From assembly GCF_009914755.1 (NCBI RefSeq), contig NC_060928.1: 64,000 nucleotides of DNA; one strand, written 5' to 3'. Made by a program: the position numbers and the translations under genes. The DNA comes from the human T2T-CHM13v2.0 reference genome, Homo sapiens. The number at the start of each line of letters is the position of its first letter. The first letter of the stretch is position 1. Shown here piece by piece: positions 1 to 13,918 of the stretch. The notes under the pieces are model-generated. The model saw only the letters and a list, made by a program, of their open reading frames with translations, had not been told where the DNA came from and did no database searches.

Positions 1-678
1 AACTGCATGTGCCTTCTTTCCTAAAACAAAAACTCTAAATGTCACCTCTCAATTTCTTTTTTTAAATTAAATGTTAAACTCTATAAAGCAAGTAATCGCA
101 GAAATGCGAATTTTATATTAAAAATAATGTAACAATAAAAATTAAGTTTTTACAACTATTTTATTGTGATATAATTTTGGTGTTTAGGAATGCTGTTCCC
201 GTATTGACTCCTCTGTTGAGGATACCACTCTCAATTTAAAAGGAATAATAACCAGAAAGTCAAAGAATTATTGATCATCTTTTATCACTTTCCAGATACC
301 TTTTTCTCTTTAATTTTTATTACTATTATTGGACAATTTTAAAGTAAAAAAAAAGACATATTTATCTTTAATTAAAACTAAATGGCAGGTTTTTTTTTTT
401 CCACTTCGAGTTTTCACTCCAAACCATTAAACCTAGAAAATTCACTGATGCCTTATTTTGTTGCATGGCCCATTCTTAATCCTCTTTCTGCCATTCAACT
501 GTAAAAACCAACTCACTCACAATGTAGCAGCCTTTCAAATCAATTAGATGACAATATAGAGTTTAAGTTCCACAGGCAGAGACTAATTAAGGATTCTGTT
601 AGTACAAGCAAAAGTTAGTGTTAAAAAAGACCAAAAGCAGATACGTATTTTAAAAAGCATTTGCTTTTCAGTCCATAC

Positions 679-804
679 CTTTAATTAGCTGCATAACTCC
701 AGGGACTATAATTATCAGAATTGCTGTGAGCTTGCAAAAGGTTAAGAAAATCTGGATCCGGGCGCTCCAGCTGACACTCATGCTATTTAGGACCATCACT
801 ACAG
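679..804 (-). CDS. SLC7A11: SLC7A11 coding exon 4, 126 nt (gene continues beyond window start)
   Basis: Acceptor TTTGCAG|CT and donor AAG|GTATGG. Encodes (T)[41 protein letters not shown](G). Symmetric phase 1-1 exon. Confidence 0.97.
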
Positions 805-892
805 CTGCAAACAAATAGAGGAAGTTACAAAAGGTGAATTCTCACTGGCACAAAGACATTTTAGGTCCTTGTTACTCAAAGGGCAATCTGTG

Positions 893-1030
893 AGGCAGCA
901 GTGTTGACATTACTTAGAAGTGTTTTAGAAATGCAGAATCTCAGGCTCTGCCCCAGGCCTAATGAATACAAATCTACATTTCAACAGGTTCTCCAGCTGG
1001 TTTTTATGCACATTGAAGTTTGAGAAACAT
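893..1030. mobile_element. MER5A-like hAT-Charlie DNA transposon relic
   Basis: Contains TTAGAAATGCAGAATCTCAGGC...TATGCACATTGAAGTTTGAGAA, typical of MER5A. Confidence 0.7.
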
Positions 1031-2249
1031 GGATAAAGCCTCTGGACAATAAGAATTCTTCTCTTGTTCTTTGTATGTAAGAGTGGACATATATTGTAGT
1101 ACTCTAACAATCACATAAAAATGTCTTCTAACCAAACCCAGCATCCAATCAGATGGCTGAATTTCACTGTCTAGCTTGATGTGACAACTCTTTCCTGTCT
1201 CTATGATGGTATGCCTGCCAATGTGGATCACACTCAAGAAGGAGCAAGAAGTGTAGAAGTTGGCTCAGATCTTATTTTTCACTCTCAGGACTAGCCTCAG
1301 GCAGCACTTTTCTTTTGGTTGTCTTCTTTCTAATTAGCATGTCAAGGGGCGACTTTCAACCCACCGTACAAGTATAGTTTTTCAAGATATGTTTCAGGGC
1401 TTCAGCACAATATTCTAAGTGATGAGTGCAAAAGACTAACCAGGCTAGAATGCACATTGGGTTCAAAGCCAGAAGAATTTTTCATTCTTACTGATGCTGT
1501 CTACAATTTCCCAAGCAGCAATAACTATCCACCTTCGACACCTTGTGGACCATGAAAACCTCAAGGATAGAGCAAGGGTTATTCATCGCTGTATCGCTGG
1601 TATCCAGCTCCATGCCTGGCCCAGGTAACTTAATACATTTTTGTTGAATGAATGAACTGGATCCTCAGTTAGAAAATCTAAGGCACAAGGGAAATGGTGA
1701 TGCTCTAAGACCTTTCTCCCCTACTCTGCTGGGATGACTGAGGTTATTCTAGACAGTGGTTTTCAACTTTATACTCTTTCCACAACCTTATGCTTGGAAC
1801 AACCCAAAACACTACTTTATTCCTGACATTTACAGTTATTAACTATAACCTTTATATTTATAAAGGTATATTCTCCCTAAACAAATATTTAAAATGTAAA
1901 GATATTTCTCAAAGAATGAAACAAAACTCCTACAGAATTCTTATTATTCAAATTGAAATTGGAAGTTTTCCTTATATATAGTAATGAGTCCGCCTCACAG
2001 TTTTCACTGCCTGATATAGTTACTAGCTCACTTCAGAATTTAACAATCAATGCAAATGTCAGCAACACATAATCTTTAAAGGCAAAAAAATGGAAATAGC
2101 CTAAACCTCCTAAAGGAAGGCTAATTAAGGTATATCATTTTAATAGTTTATATGCAGCCACTTAAAATTATGAGGCAGTTAAATATTTATTACAAGAAAG
2201 GATATTCATGATATATTACTGATCAATACAGCAAGTTAGAGGAATGGAT

Positions 2250-2336
2250 GGAAAGAAGGAAGGAAGGAAGAAGGAAAAGAAGGAAGGAAGGATGAAAGGA
2301 AGGAAGGAAGGAAGGAAGGAAGGAAGGAAGGAAGGA
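2250..2336. repeat. (GGAA)n purine-rich simple repeat
   Basis: Imperfect GGAA tandem array. Confidence 0.9.
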
Positions 2337-2467
2337 GAAATAGATCTGGAAACATATTTACCAAAACATCAACAGCAGGTGTTTATAAGTGATAGAACAC
2401 TAAATAATTTTCAATTTTTTAAATTTATTTTTAGGAATAGTTTAATAAATTTTATGATGAACATATA

Positions 2468-2610
2468 GCATTTTGGTGGCTATAGTTTCAAATACTGAAT
2501 TGTATACTTGAAATATACTTAAATGTTCTCACCACAGAACAAAACAAAAAAAAGAGGGGTAACTAAATGATGTGACAGAGGTGTTAACTCACTTGATTGA
2601 GACAATAATT

Positions 2611-2648
<38 letters not shown>

Positions 2649-2710
2649 ATCATTACATTGTACACCCTAAAATTACAATTTTATTTGTTGTATATACCTC
2701 AATAAAGATG
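2468..2710 (+). mobile_element. Old L1 (L1MA/MB-like) 3' end with internal (TA)n at 2615-2642
   Basis: Contains TGTTCTCACCACA...CATTGTACACCCTAAA...ATACCTCAATAAAG. Confidence 0.65.
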
Positions 2711-3654
2711 AAAAAATTTTCAAAAGTAAATGAAGCAATAAAATACATTTTGTTTTTGGAAAAAACTCCAAGATGGGAAAAATAAGGGATCAGAAGATCT
2801 CATACAAAGTGAAATACAGGGTTACTAACGAAGAAATATTTCAAAGGAGTAATTATGAGAATGATCAAAAAGGCCAAACCCCTGAATAAGCTACAGGGGC
2901 ATCTAAGGGGGGTTATTTCATCTGTGTTGGAAGCTGAAAACATGAAGGGATAGACAGGTCTGTTGTCAATGACAAAGTGCATTATTTTATCAGAGGAATC
3001 ACAAAAATAAAATTATTTATCTCTCCCCAATATAAGGCACTTATATATGGAAAATAAGTTAGTGTAACTCTGCTCCCTGCTCCATCATCCAGTGATTCCT
3101 TTCCTTTTCTATGCAAATGACTGTGTGATGAGTCATTACACAATAATGATTATTGTTTTAATTAAGGAGGTTCAACGTTGGTGTAAAAGTGAAAAAATTG
3201 TCTCATGTGGCCACCAGCAACAAAAGGGCAGTGTTTTCTTTCAAATAGGGCTCCTAAAACCCAAAGCACTCTGTATTTATGAAAGTTCTTTCCACAGTAG
3301 AAAAGAACTGTTATATAGAGAGAAAGAGAGAAAAAGAAAGGAGAGGAAAGGAGAAGGATAAAAACGAAAAGAGGCAGGCAGGGAGGAAGGAAGGAGAGAG
3401 AGAGAGGCATTCTTATTTTTGGAACAACTAACTATATGTTTGAAAATAAGAAAGAGGTTTTGTTACTTTCATAAAGAGTATAAGTACCTAATGTCTATTG
3501 AAATATTAAAAAAACTGGGTATTTGGGATTTTAAAAAATACTTTGTAAAGTTTTCTTAGGCAAATGGAAGACAAAATTAAACAGATATTATGAATTGATC
3601 ATCTCACCCTGCTTTCCTCTCAGATAGCTTAACAAAAATTCTTATTAAGATGCT

Positions 3655-3895
3655 AGTACACTGCTGGTGGGAATGTAAATTAGTATAGCCACTATAGAAA
3701 ACAGTATGGAAGTGTCTCAAAAAACTAAAAATAAATCTATCATATGATCCAGCAATCCCATTGCTGGGTACTTGATTGTGGTGATAGTTTCACAGGTGAA
3801 TACATACATCACACTTTATCAAACTGTACATTTAAAGCATGTGTGGTTTATTGTATGTCAATTACACCTCAATGAAACTTTTTAAGAAAAAAAAA
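3655..3895 (+). mobile_element. L1M fragments
   Basis: CACTGCTGGTGGGAATGTAAATTAGTA...ATGATCCAGCAATCCCA, followed by an L1M 3'-end segment. Confidence 0.7.
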
Positions 3896-4949
3896 GATGA
3901 ATTTTTTTCAAAGGGTTCTTAAAACCCTGCTTTATCTGAGCATCCAGACATTGTACTCATTATTTGGTACACTAAATTCCAGCTGAGATGCCCCTGAATT
4001 ACCCTGAAGGCACAGTTTAACAAGTAACAAGGCAGCCAGCGAGAGGACAGTGAAGCTTCTCCGGTGGCTATAACTGCTGTTTCATCACGTGTCTTTACAG
4101 TGAAATTTATGTCTATGTATGTTGCTTCTCCAACAATATTGAAAAGGGACTTGGGATTCACTAAATGCAAGAGCTTTCTAAGTTTCTGAAACAAATAATA
4201 TATACTTTTAAAAAATACTACCTTACCCACATTGCAATAATGAAAGAAATCTGGGCCAGCTCTCTGGTCCTAGTTTTACTTCCTTTGAATAACAATTTGC
4301 TAATTTCACACATGAGGAAATAATTATATCAGTCTGGGCATTCTTTTGTATGCTCCCCTTAAATTTTACCAAAATAAAAATACAGGGACATATAGTTTTT
4401 ATTTACTTATTTATGATGCAGTTTCCTAAGAACTGAAATGTGGCAATGGAAGTGATATCTATAAATCCTGGAGATAAGAAATACATATTTGAAGGAAGCT
4501 GTATTTGAAGAGGATGTTTAGGGGAATGTTAAGGACTGAAGCTGTGATTTAAGGACTGGCAAGTATTTCTTTCTGCACTATGTAATTCAAGTCTGTCTTT
4601 GGGTTTTGAAGAGTGAGATTACAGAGTCTAGATATATTGGGTTTTCTCCCAGGGTCAGGTTCTTCTTGGCTTCTGAATTCTGAGTACTTTGTGCTTAACT
4701 GATAAAATATATGGATATTGTGTATGTATGTTACATGTTGAGATAAAGTGGGTTGTTTCACTGCTGTTTTGTAATGACTGCCTGGATTCCTTTTATCTTT
4801 TTATTAGAATTCATCTCCTGGATGCATTAATTTTAGAGAAGACAGGTAGCAACAAACCCTTTAAAAAGCAGAGTGACAGTTTGTATCTAGGATCTCACTA
4901 TTGGGAATAAAAATGTTAAGTGATATATAAATATAAACTTATTTTATGG

Positions 4950-5155
4950 CAGACATTGTACAAAGACTTTACATGAATAATGTTATTTAATCCTCATATC
5001 TCTATGACCTAGTCATTTTATTGGCTTTATTTTTCAGATGAGCAGCTGAGACTCAAGATATTGTTTAACTTGCGCATGTTTGCATAGGTAGTAACAGTGA
5101 AGATGGGTCTGGAGCCCAGGTAATCTAACTCTGGAGCCCACACTTTTACCATTAG
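4950..5155. mobile_element. MIR
   Basis: TTTAATCCTCA...TTTTCAGATGAG..CTGAGACTCA...CCCAGG core. Confidence 0.6.
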
Positions 5156-5945
5156 TTCCCAGGCAACAATGAGGAAGTAGTTCAAAAGACATACATGATC
5201 CCCTTGGTGTACCTAGTTCTTTTAAACTCTTGATGGCTCTTTCTCTCTGCAAAAGTTCACATTTATGTTAGCTACAGGACCCTTTGTTTCCACATTTTGC
5301 ATGTCATCCTCCTAAAGTATGTGATAGTTGTTCTGCAGTACTTGTAAATTTTAATACTATGTTTATTTACCTAAGAATTGGTTGTGTTGCTAAGTTACTT
5401 ATGGTAGAAAAGAAGTAGGTATAGCCAGATTTCAAAGATTTAAACAGAGCCACTTCATATGCTGTATTTGAAGTGTTAACACAGAAATAGTCCTAGATTT
5501 TCTTTTATGTAATTTAATGGTGCCAGGAAAATATAGATTTCAAACAGAATATAAAGTAATACGTTTGCAGAACTGGGTAATTTTTTTCACAATACAATCA
5601 CAAATGTTATTTTTGCTTGTTCCTCCCAATTACTTTCAAAAGTTTGAGAATTAGGATGGGGTTCTTAACTCATCTTTATTTTATATAGATAAAATAAACT
5701 AGCAAGGAAATTGACATCCAACAATTGATGGTGTTAGGGATGGATCTGGGACTAGATCTCGTATCTTAAGGAGAATATTTTTATTATAATATTCTGACAT
5801 TCAAGTGTATAATTATATAGGGTCCAATTTCAGGAATACAGAACAGATAAATATTTTAAATATTGAGCATACTTCAATGCTTATTGAATCTATAAAAGCA
5901 GTGAAAATTCATGAACTTCTACAGAAGGTGAAGAAAGTAATTACA

Positions 5946-6320
<375 letters not shown>

Positions 6321-7561
6321 TTAACTTCCACGCACCTGACATGTTTACTGGAATGGATGAAATTTGTATAAGCAAAAACTTTTTTATCTTCATTAAATTT
6401 GACAGAAATGAAATACAGTACTTAAAAAAATGGGGGTGAATTAGTATTTACTTAACCCCCCACCCTTATCCCATTATCATCTCTCAAATGGTTGGCTAAC
6501 ATTTCACAAAATTTGAAATTCTTTTTTTCTATGATGTAGCAAGACCCTTCAGGTTTGCCCTTTTTCTATGCTTAACTAGAGATTTCAAATGACCATGAAC
6601 TGTTTCCTTCCCCAGGGATCACAGGGAAGCAATTCATGCAATTCAACTCTGTTTTCTACATCTTGGTTAACCTTCCACCCCTAACAGGTAGAAAATCACC
6701 TAGACTCACTTTGAAGAAAGCAGGGTGTGAGAGATTTGCCCCTAGATAAATTTCTCCTTCTCTATCTCCATCTCCACCCGCTGTTGCACCATTAAAGCTA
6801 AATTTTTCTTACAGACAGTTTGACTTTCCCAATTAGGGCACTGATTTACATTACCTACCACTGAGTCATAAGGATATCCAGTTTGCTTTTTAACTGTTGC
6901 TGATTATGGGTACACATTTCTTTCTCCGAATTTCAAGCTTGCAAAAGGAACATCAAAATTTAAAAATGAATGTAATAACTTATGGCAAAAATAGAAGGAA
7001 ATGTCTGGGTTCATCTAAGATTTCCTCAGGCTCCTTGTTAACTATTCCGTCACCAATGTCTACTACAGAGGTTTTGTAAACCCCAATATGGTTATCCTTT
7101 CCTAGAACTGTTTTAAAGTTTAGTTTGAGCAGTTTTCATTTAATCCTCAGAGATACGAATTTTCCCTTTAAAATGTTTAATTGAATTGGGATAAACAAGA
7201 AGAGAGTTATCTAGACTTATAAAAACATAAATATAGCATTAGTATTCATATAACTTTAACTCCAAAGTGAGTAAAATTTGTGGATTTATAAATGTTTACA
7301 TGCAATCTACTTAGTCTTCTGGTTATGGCTTTTAATTAATAACTATCATTGTTAATTTACAGAGCTCTCAAAAATGCCACCCCTGCTCTTCTCTTTTTTA
7401 AATATAATAATTGTGATATGATTCTGCCTCAGTCATTCAAGGGACAAGAAAATGGTGAATATAACAATGGCTGTTAGTTCAGTCCCTTAGTGGAACAGTG
7501 GACTTATCAAGAACTTTCTATAGGCAAGGCACTCTGTTAAAGGTCTTAAAAATCTGACTGT

Positions 7562-7905
7562 GATCATGTCTTTTGCGGGAACATGGATAGAGCTAGAGGC
7601 CATTATCCTTAGCAAACTAACACAGGAACAGAAAACCAAATACTGCATGTTTTCACGTATAAGTGGGAGCTAAATGATGACAACTCATTAACACAAAGGG
7701 GAACTACAGACACTGGGCCTGCTTGAGGGTGTTTGGAAGGAGGGAGAGAATCAGAAAAAAATAGCTTGGGTACCAGGTTTAGTACCTGGGTGATGAGACA
7801 ATCTGTACACCAAACCCCCATGACACGAGTTTACCTATGTAACAAACTGCACATGTACCCCTGAACTCAAAATGAAAGCTAAAAAAAAAAAAAAGAAAAA
7901 ATAAT
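7562..7905 (+). mobile_element. L1PB/L1PA-like 3' end
   Basis: GATCATGTCTTTTGC...GAGCTAGAGGCCATTATCCTTAGCAAACTAAC...CACATGTACCCCTGAAC plus A tail. Confidence 0.85.
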
Positions 7906-8481
7906 GAAAAAGAATGTGACCCAAACAAAAAATTTGGCTTAACTTCATCTTCCTTCAGCTATTCAAGATATTAATAGATTATCTTTTCATAGGCATTTTC
8001 CTAATATATAAAACTGGGGCTTAAATAGGTTTAAAAATTAGCACAAGATCACAAAACTAAGAATTGTAACACCAAGCTTCAATTCCAGGTTGTTTCCCTC
8101 CAAAGCCTAAACTGTAACCACTATGCTCAAATGGTTCAACCCTCAAAAACTTAGACTGCTAGATCTGAACATAATATGAAGCAAACTCTATTTCATTTTT
8201 ATCATTTTCCCACTGCCTGGAAATATACTGAAGATATCTAATCCTCCAAGTTTAACAAGTAAACAGACTATAGACTTTTCTGCTGGAGAAAAAATTCTTA
8301 GACTTCTCAGAAAATCAAGTCAACAAATACTTACTGAGCACCAACAACAACATGCTAGGAGCTAAGTGAGGGGCTGGAAATACAGCAATGAATAGGTCTC
8401 TAGTCTCCTGGAACATCAAATGATGTTTATCCAAAAGTATAAATAGTTACCATTTTTTATTGTCTTCTTAATAAATTGAAT

Positions 8482-8830
8482 AAAATAATGTCTTTGCTGC
8501 CAGTAACATGGATGGAACTGGAAGTCACTATTTTAAGTGGAATTAAAGAAAAAGAAAGTCAAATACCATAGGTTCTCACTTATAAGTGGGAGCTAAATAA
8601 TGTATACACATAGACGTAGAGTGTGAAATAATAGATATCGGAGACTCAGAGAGATGAGAGGGTAGGAGGAGGATAAGGGATGAAAATTACTTAATATCTA
8701 CGATGTACACTATTTGGGTGATGGTTACACTAAAAGCCCAGACTCCACCACTACGCAATATATCCACGTAACACAACTGCACTGTACCCCCTAAATCTAT
8801 TTTTTAAATTTTAATTAAAAATAAATAAAT
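8482..8830 (+). mobile_element. L1PB/L1MA-like 3' end
   Basis: ACATGGATGGAACTGG...TTCTCACTTATAAGTGGGAGCTAA...ACTAAAAGCCCAGAC. Confidence 0.85.
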
Positions 8831-9734
8831 GAATTACAGGCAATAAGTAAATTACAGGCAATACCCCAGGCATTGTCCCATTGAAACACCTTAGCCATAC
8901 AAACTAAAAATTCTTCCACGATTATGCAGTTGAGTTATTCCTGTGTAGCTTTCTCTTTATGAGTAGCTAAAACTCGGTTAAATGTGATCATATTGATTCT
9001 TAAGACAGTGATTCAAATGGCACCTAGAATTAAGTTATCCTTTCCCATATTTAAGGATTTGGTACCTGGCATCTTTTGGGGAATTAGAGTCATATATGGC
9101 TTCATATCACTCATGCAATTTTGTACATGTTCTTCTTTTTGTTTCTTTTTTTAATCAATGAATATTTGTGCCCATTGATAAAAGATGAACAACTTCTTAA
9201 TTTGGAGACCATAAAGAAATCTAGTTAGAAAATACTACTAATAATCAATCTTAAAAGAAAATTCTTTTCATGACCAACAACAGGCAGCTGACATTATAAC
9301 ACTGGGAGTGACAGCTGCTAACACTACAAAATGTATAAGTACAACTTAAACACCCACTACATAAAGGTAACTCCATGATTACACATGAGATATAATTCAA
9401 TATATAGCTAATTTCCAATTCAAGTAGTCTCTAAAATAATTGGGGTTTTCTCTTTAAAAGTCTTGTTCATGTATAATAGACTTAATATTTTACTAGTAAG
9501 GTGATTTTTACTATTTAAAAAGATTAGCCATCATATCTATTGACCAAATACAAAACTGGCATGGAATACAGTATTGGATCCCACTCCAAATCCTTCCAGT
9601 AGAAATTTGGAACTGTAAGCAAAAAGAACAAGATGTGAGAGGCAATCCCGCAATGCAAAAAGTCTAAAGACACTTTGTCTTCAATCATTTTTGTGTTGTT
9701 TTTCCTTTTTCACATATATAGCTATAATACTCAC

Positions 9735-9850
9735 TTATGCCCACAGCTGTAATGAGCTTGATCGCAAGTTCAGGGATTTCACATTGAATAAAAAATGGTT
9801 CCAGAATGTAGCGTCCAAATGCCAGGGATATCACAGCAGTAGCTGCAGGG
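9735..9850 (-). CDS. SLC7A11: SLC7A11 coding exon 3, 116 nt
   Basis: Acceptor TTTTTTTTAG|CC and donor TAA|GTGAGT. Encodes (R)[38 protein letters not shown], including the extracellular Cys (Cys158) known to form the disulfide with 4F2hc/SLC3A2. Confidence 0.97.
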
Positions 9851-10658
9851 CTAAAAAAAAATGTATATATTTAGGTTAACCACAGGGGAAAAAACTGCAT
9901 TTTCATTAATTTTTTCTACCTTGAGTGTATTTAGCATATGGAACATGTTAAATATGAAAGTCCATAGTTTTCAGAATTCCGTACTTGATTAGGTTGCCAT
10001 AGACATTCCAAATGAAGTACTTCCTGTAACACTGGTGGCTAGATTTTAAACTTCACATATTCTTGGGAACAAGGGTAAGTACTATCAACTTTTCCCCTGC
10101 TCTCCCATATTTGACTTTTCCTTAAAAATCTGGTTTATTACATGAGATCTTGACAGAGCTAGGCTTACAGGAAGCCATCTTCTTTCTCAAAAAGTCAGTA
10201 AGTAAACTTCAGCCATATTATGAATTAATTAATGCCATACAGATCTAATGTGTCAGGGCATAGTCAAAAGAATGAACACAACACTCAACCTAAAAAATTA
10301 GTATTAAGTGTTCCCTGCAAATACATGCCTAAATATTTGACATTGTTTTATTTTTTCTGTACAGACAAAAACTCAAAGTCAAGTGATTATTCTTAATCCT
10401 ATAGTAACATTCAGATATAAAATATAAATTTAAAAATAATAGATTTATTATAATCTGATACAATTAAGAAAATATAAATGAGACAAGAATATGAAATAAA
10501 TTCAGGTATATAGAAATATAGGTAATACATCTTTCTATTTTAATTCTTCAAATATTTTTATGAGAAAATTGCACAGACCTTTTCATTTTAGATGTATGTA
10601 TATATGAATGCATATTTTTTCCATAAACATGCAAGTCTGTGCAATTATCTAATTTCTT

Positions 10659-10951
<293 letters not shown>

Positions 10952-11269
10952 GCAATTATCTAATTTCTTATGCCAAACTTCCTTTTTAGCTTCTCTTTCT
11001 TCTCGTGGTTACCCAACATTCATGCCCGATCCATAGATTATCAGAAAACCAACCACCATTACATGTTCCCAACTTTGGCCGGCTGATACTGGAGAGCGGC
11101 ATAAGGTTTTTCATTTTCTTCTTTTCCTGGACACCCTCCCATCTTCCCCAAACAAAACTGTTTATCCTATTCTCCATCATTTATACAATTTTTTATGTAT
11201 AATTTAAAATCTGATTATGTCATTTTAGTGCTTTCAAAATATGTTCAGGATATGCAAAAAGCCTTCACA

Positions 11270-11680
11270 TTGCATTCAAGGCTCCATCTGGTCTAAGCTC
11301 TCCCTACTTCTTCAGTTAGCTTCTTCCCACTAGAAGGATATGAATCTTCTCTGCCTGCAGCCTCTGCAACTAATTGACTATGTTTTATACTTCAGATCTT
11401 AGTTCAATTTTCCTTTCCCAGGGAAAACTTCTCCAACCTATGACTGGGCCAGATCTCTTGGAGTATATTCATACTGAAGCCCTTGGCCTGTCTTCCACAG
11501 TGCTTATCACAGTAGCAATTTTATATTTACCTATGTGATTTCTCGATTGATAATGATTTCCTCCCACTTGACTCTGAGCTCTAAGGGTACAAAATCATAT
11601 CTATCTTAATCACAGTTTTACCTCCAGTGTTTAGAACAGTGTCTATCATATAGTGGAAACCCAATATATATTGAATATAT
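11270..11680. mobile_element. L2 relic
   Basis: Degenerate L2 3'-end motifs (TCAGATCTTAG...GGGAAAACTTCTC...CCCACTTGACTCTGAGCTC...TAGAACAGTGTCT). Confidence 0.5.
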
Positions 11681-13161
11681 AGTGCACATGCAAATTCGGT
11701 TTAATGACCCCTGCTGTGTACAGATAGATAATATTTCTGTCCTTGAAATCTGTGTTTTACAGATTATTTCTGGCGATACTAACTTAATCTAAAGGTATAA
11801 TTTTAATGGGAAGTACTTAGGAACTATGGGTATTAGTAAAAGAAGAGAAATATTTACATACTTAGATATTTTGTCCCTCCTCATGTCATTTGTTATTCTG
11901 CCTATTTAAAAGGCCAACTCAGCAATATGAGTATGTTATGACAAAGAGATATATGAACATATTTTAAAAGCTTCTAGAATACAAAGGTACTTTCCTCTGT
12001 CAACAGACACACACACACAGAGAAAAGTAGTTTTTTTTTTTAAATTAAAGTAACATTTGATTATCCGCTACCTGGGAGCAGAAATTGTGGCTAATTTCAT
12101 TTTAGATCTCTTTTTATTGCCATTTATCATTCAGTAGCAGTTTGTGGAATAAATAAATTAATATATGAATATTTTATCTGTGCTACTGTAAGATATAAGC
12201 TATATTTATATGGAATGATCATGTTCATCATAATGCTAAGCAATGAGCCAAAGTTACACAACTAATACATGGCTGAAGACGGAGTCAAGTCCAACTGTAT
12301 TAAGCTCCAAAGCCCACCAGCCTGACAGGCCAGCAGTCAATAAGTAGTACATGCATTTGAATGCTGAGTATGTTGTACACAATATATTGTAACTTTAAAC
12401 TTTCAATTACTTATTCAAAAATAATTTAATATATGCCAAAAAAAGGGCACTGACCTAAGTAGTATATGGGTTACAAAAAGATCTTATCTTTGTATGCTTG
12501 AAATGTTGGCAGTTTTAAAAGGGAAACAAAATATAGACACCTAAAATATTAAGGAAGAATAGAAGGTATCATGCTCAATGCCAAATGTGAAGCAGAGATA
12601 GAATTTTCAGAAGAATTTAGAAATGAAAGAAATAACATAAATTAGAATAAACAGGAAATTAATTGTGGGAAAGAAAGGATTTAAGATGACCTTTGAAGAG
12701 CAGATAAGATTGAGATAACCAAAAGGAATAGAAGTGCATTCCTGATAGAGGAATTTCAGGAAAGGAAAAAAATACTTATTATTATTTCATTATAACAATT
12801 TTAAATAATGCAGAGTGTTTAAAATGAAAAAGCCTTCATGAAGCATATACTACTTTGAAGATCTTTTTTTGGTTAAAAAAAAAAAGACTTCTAACACTGT
12901 AAAACTCATGATTAGTGTTGTCAATACTTACTAGCACTGTATTTGGCACTTAGCCATAAAAGCTCACATGAACTCTCAATCACATATGTTTGATAAGTTT
13001 GATAAGAGCAAGTTTCCCTAGTAATATCCATTAAATTCTGTAATCAGACTGTGCACATCACATTTTATCGAAGTAGTTAGCCTTAAGGAACTGTGATACT
13101 CTGAAATGCTCATATGACATCATAAGCTTCCCACAAAGTCGAAGGAAATTTGCTATTCAGA

Positions 13162-13172
13162 GTGACTTAGCA
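13162..13172 (+). promoter_or_regulatory. Consensus antioxidant response element in intron 2
   Basis: GTGACTTAGCA is an exact RTGACnnnGCA match. Confidence 0.55.
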
Positions 13173-13791
13173 CTATTCAGTGTGATTTTAAACCAAGACA
13201 AGCAGGAATGTAAACACATTGTTACAACAATAAAATCAAAAAAGACTTTTGGAACTGTAGTTCCTAATCTGTTTAATATAAGGAAATGAGTCATTTGACT
13301 CTGTCATGCAAACTCTGTTTTTTATGAAGTATAAGACTTGGTGACCAACTAAGTTGTGAGGCACAGAAGTGTCTTGGTCACAATGACTAAGTAAAGTTAA
13401 ATGCCTTAATGATATAATCTACAATAAGAGAAAACTTCAATATTTAATTTGGTCTAGTTGGTCAAAAGGTATCCAGGTGAATTTTCATGTTCATATTCTT
13501 TCAAGTAAGCATCTTTCTCCTGGAAGTGTCAAAGAGAATAGCTGAGGGTCAAAGAAAGGTAGATATTTCTAAAAGTTTGGCATTGCTGGTGAACTGCTTG
13601 TCAGTGATAAAATTGCATTAAAAATATCTTAATTCAGAAAGGTACTTTATCACAGGCTTTATATCCTGAGGTAGACATGTTTATCATGTAGTCACATGAC
13701 ATGCATGTGTCTAACCAGTTAAAAATAATCAAGGTGATTCATAAGAATGAATTGGTTTATTTTTTCTTAATTCTTTCTACTATGCTCTTAC

Positions 13792-13918
13792 CGTATTATG
13801 AGGAGTTCCACCCAGACTCGTACAAAAGCTGGTAATGGACCAAAGACTTCCAAAATATATGTGTAATGACCTCCAGATTTCTTTATAGTTGTTCCCAATT
13901 CAGCATAAGACAAAGCTC
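13792..13918 (-). CDS. SLC7A11: SLC7A11 coding exon 2, 127 nt
   Basis: Acceptor TTTCACAG|GA and donor ACG|GTAAGA. Encodes (G)[41 protein letters not shown](R), including the YAELG...SGG APC-family motif, in frame with exon 1. Confidence 0.97.

Noticed and set aside
2244-2468. K/E/G/R-rich ORF; GGAA array as an EWS-FLI1-type enhancer
   Set aside because: The ORF is a simple-repeat translation. The array is interrupted, so function cannot be supported from sequence alone.
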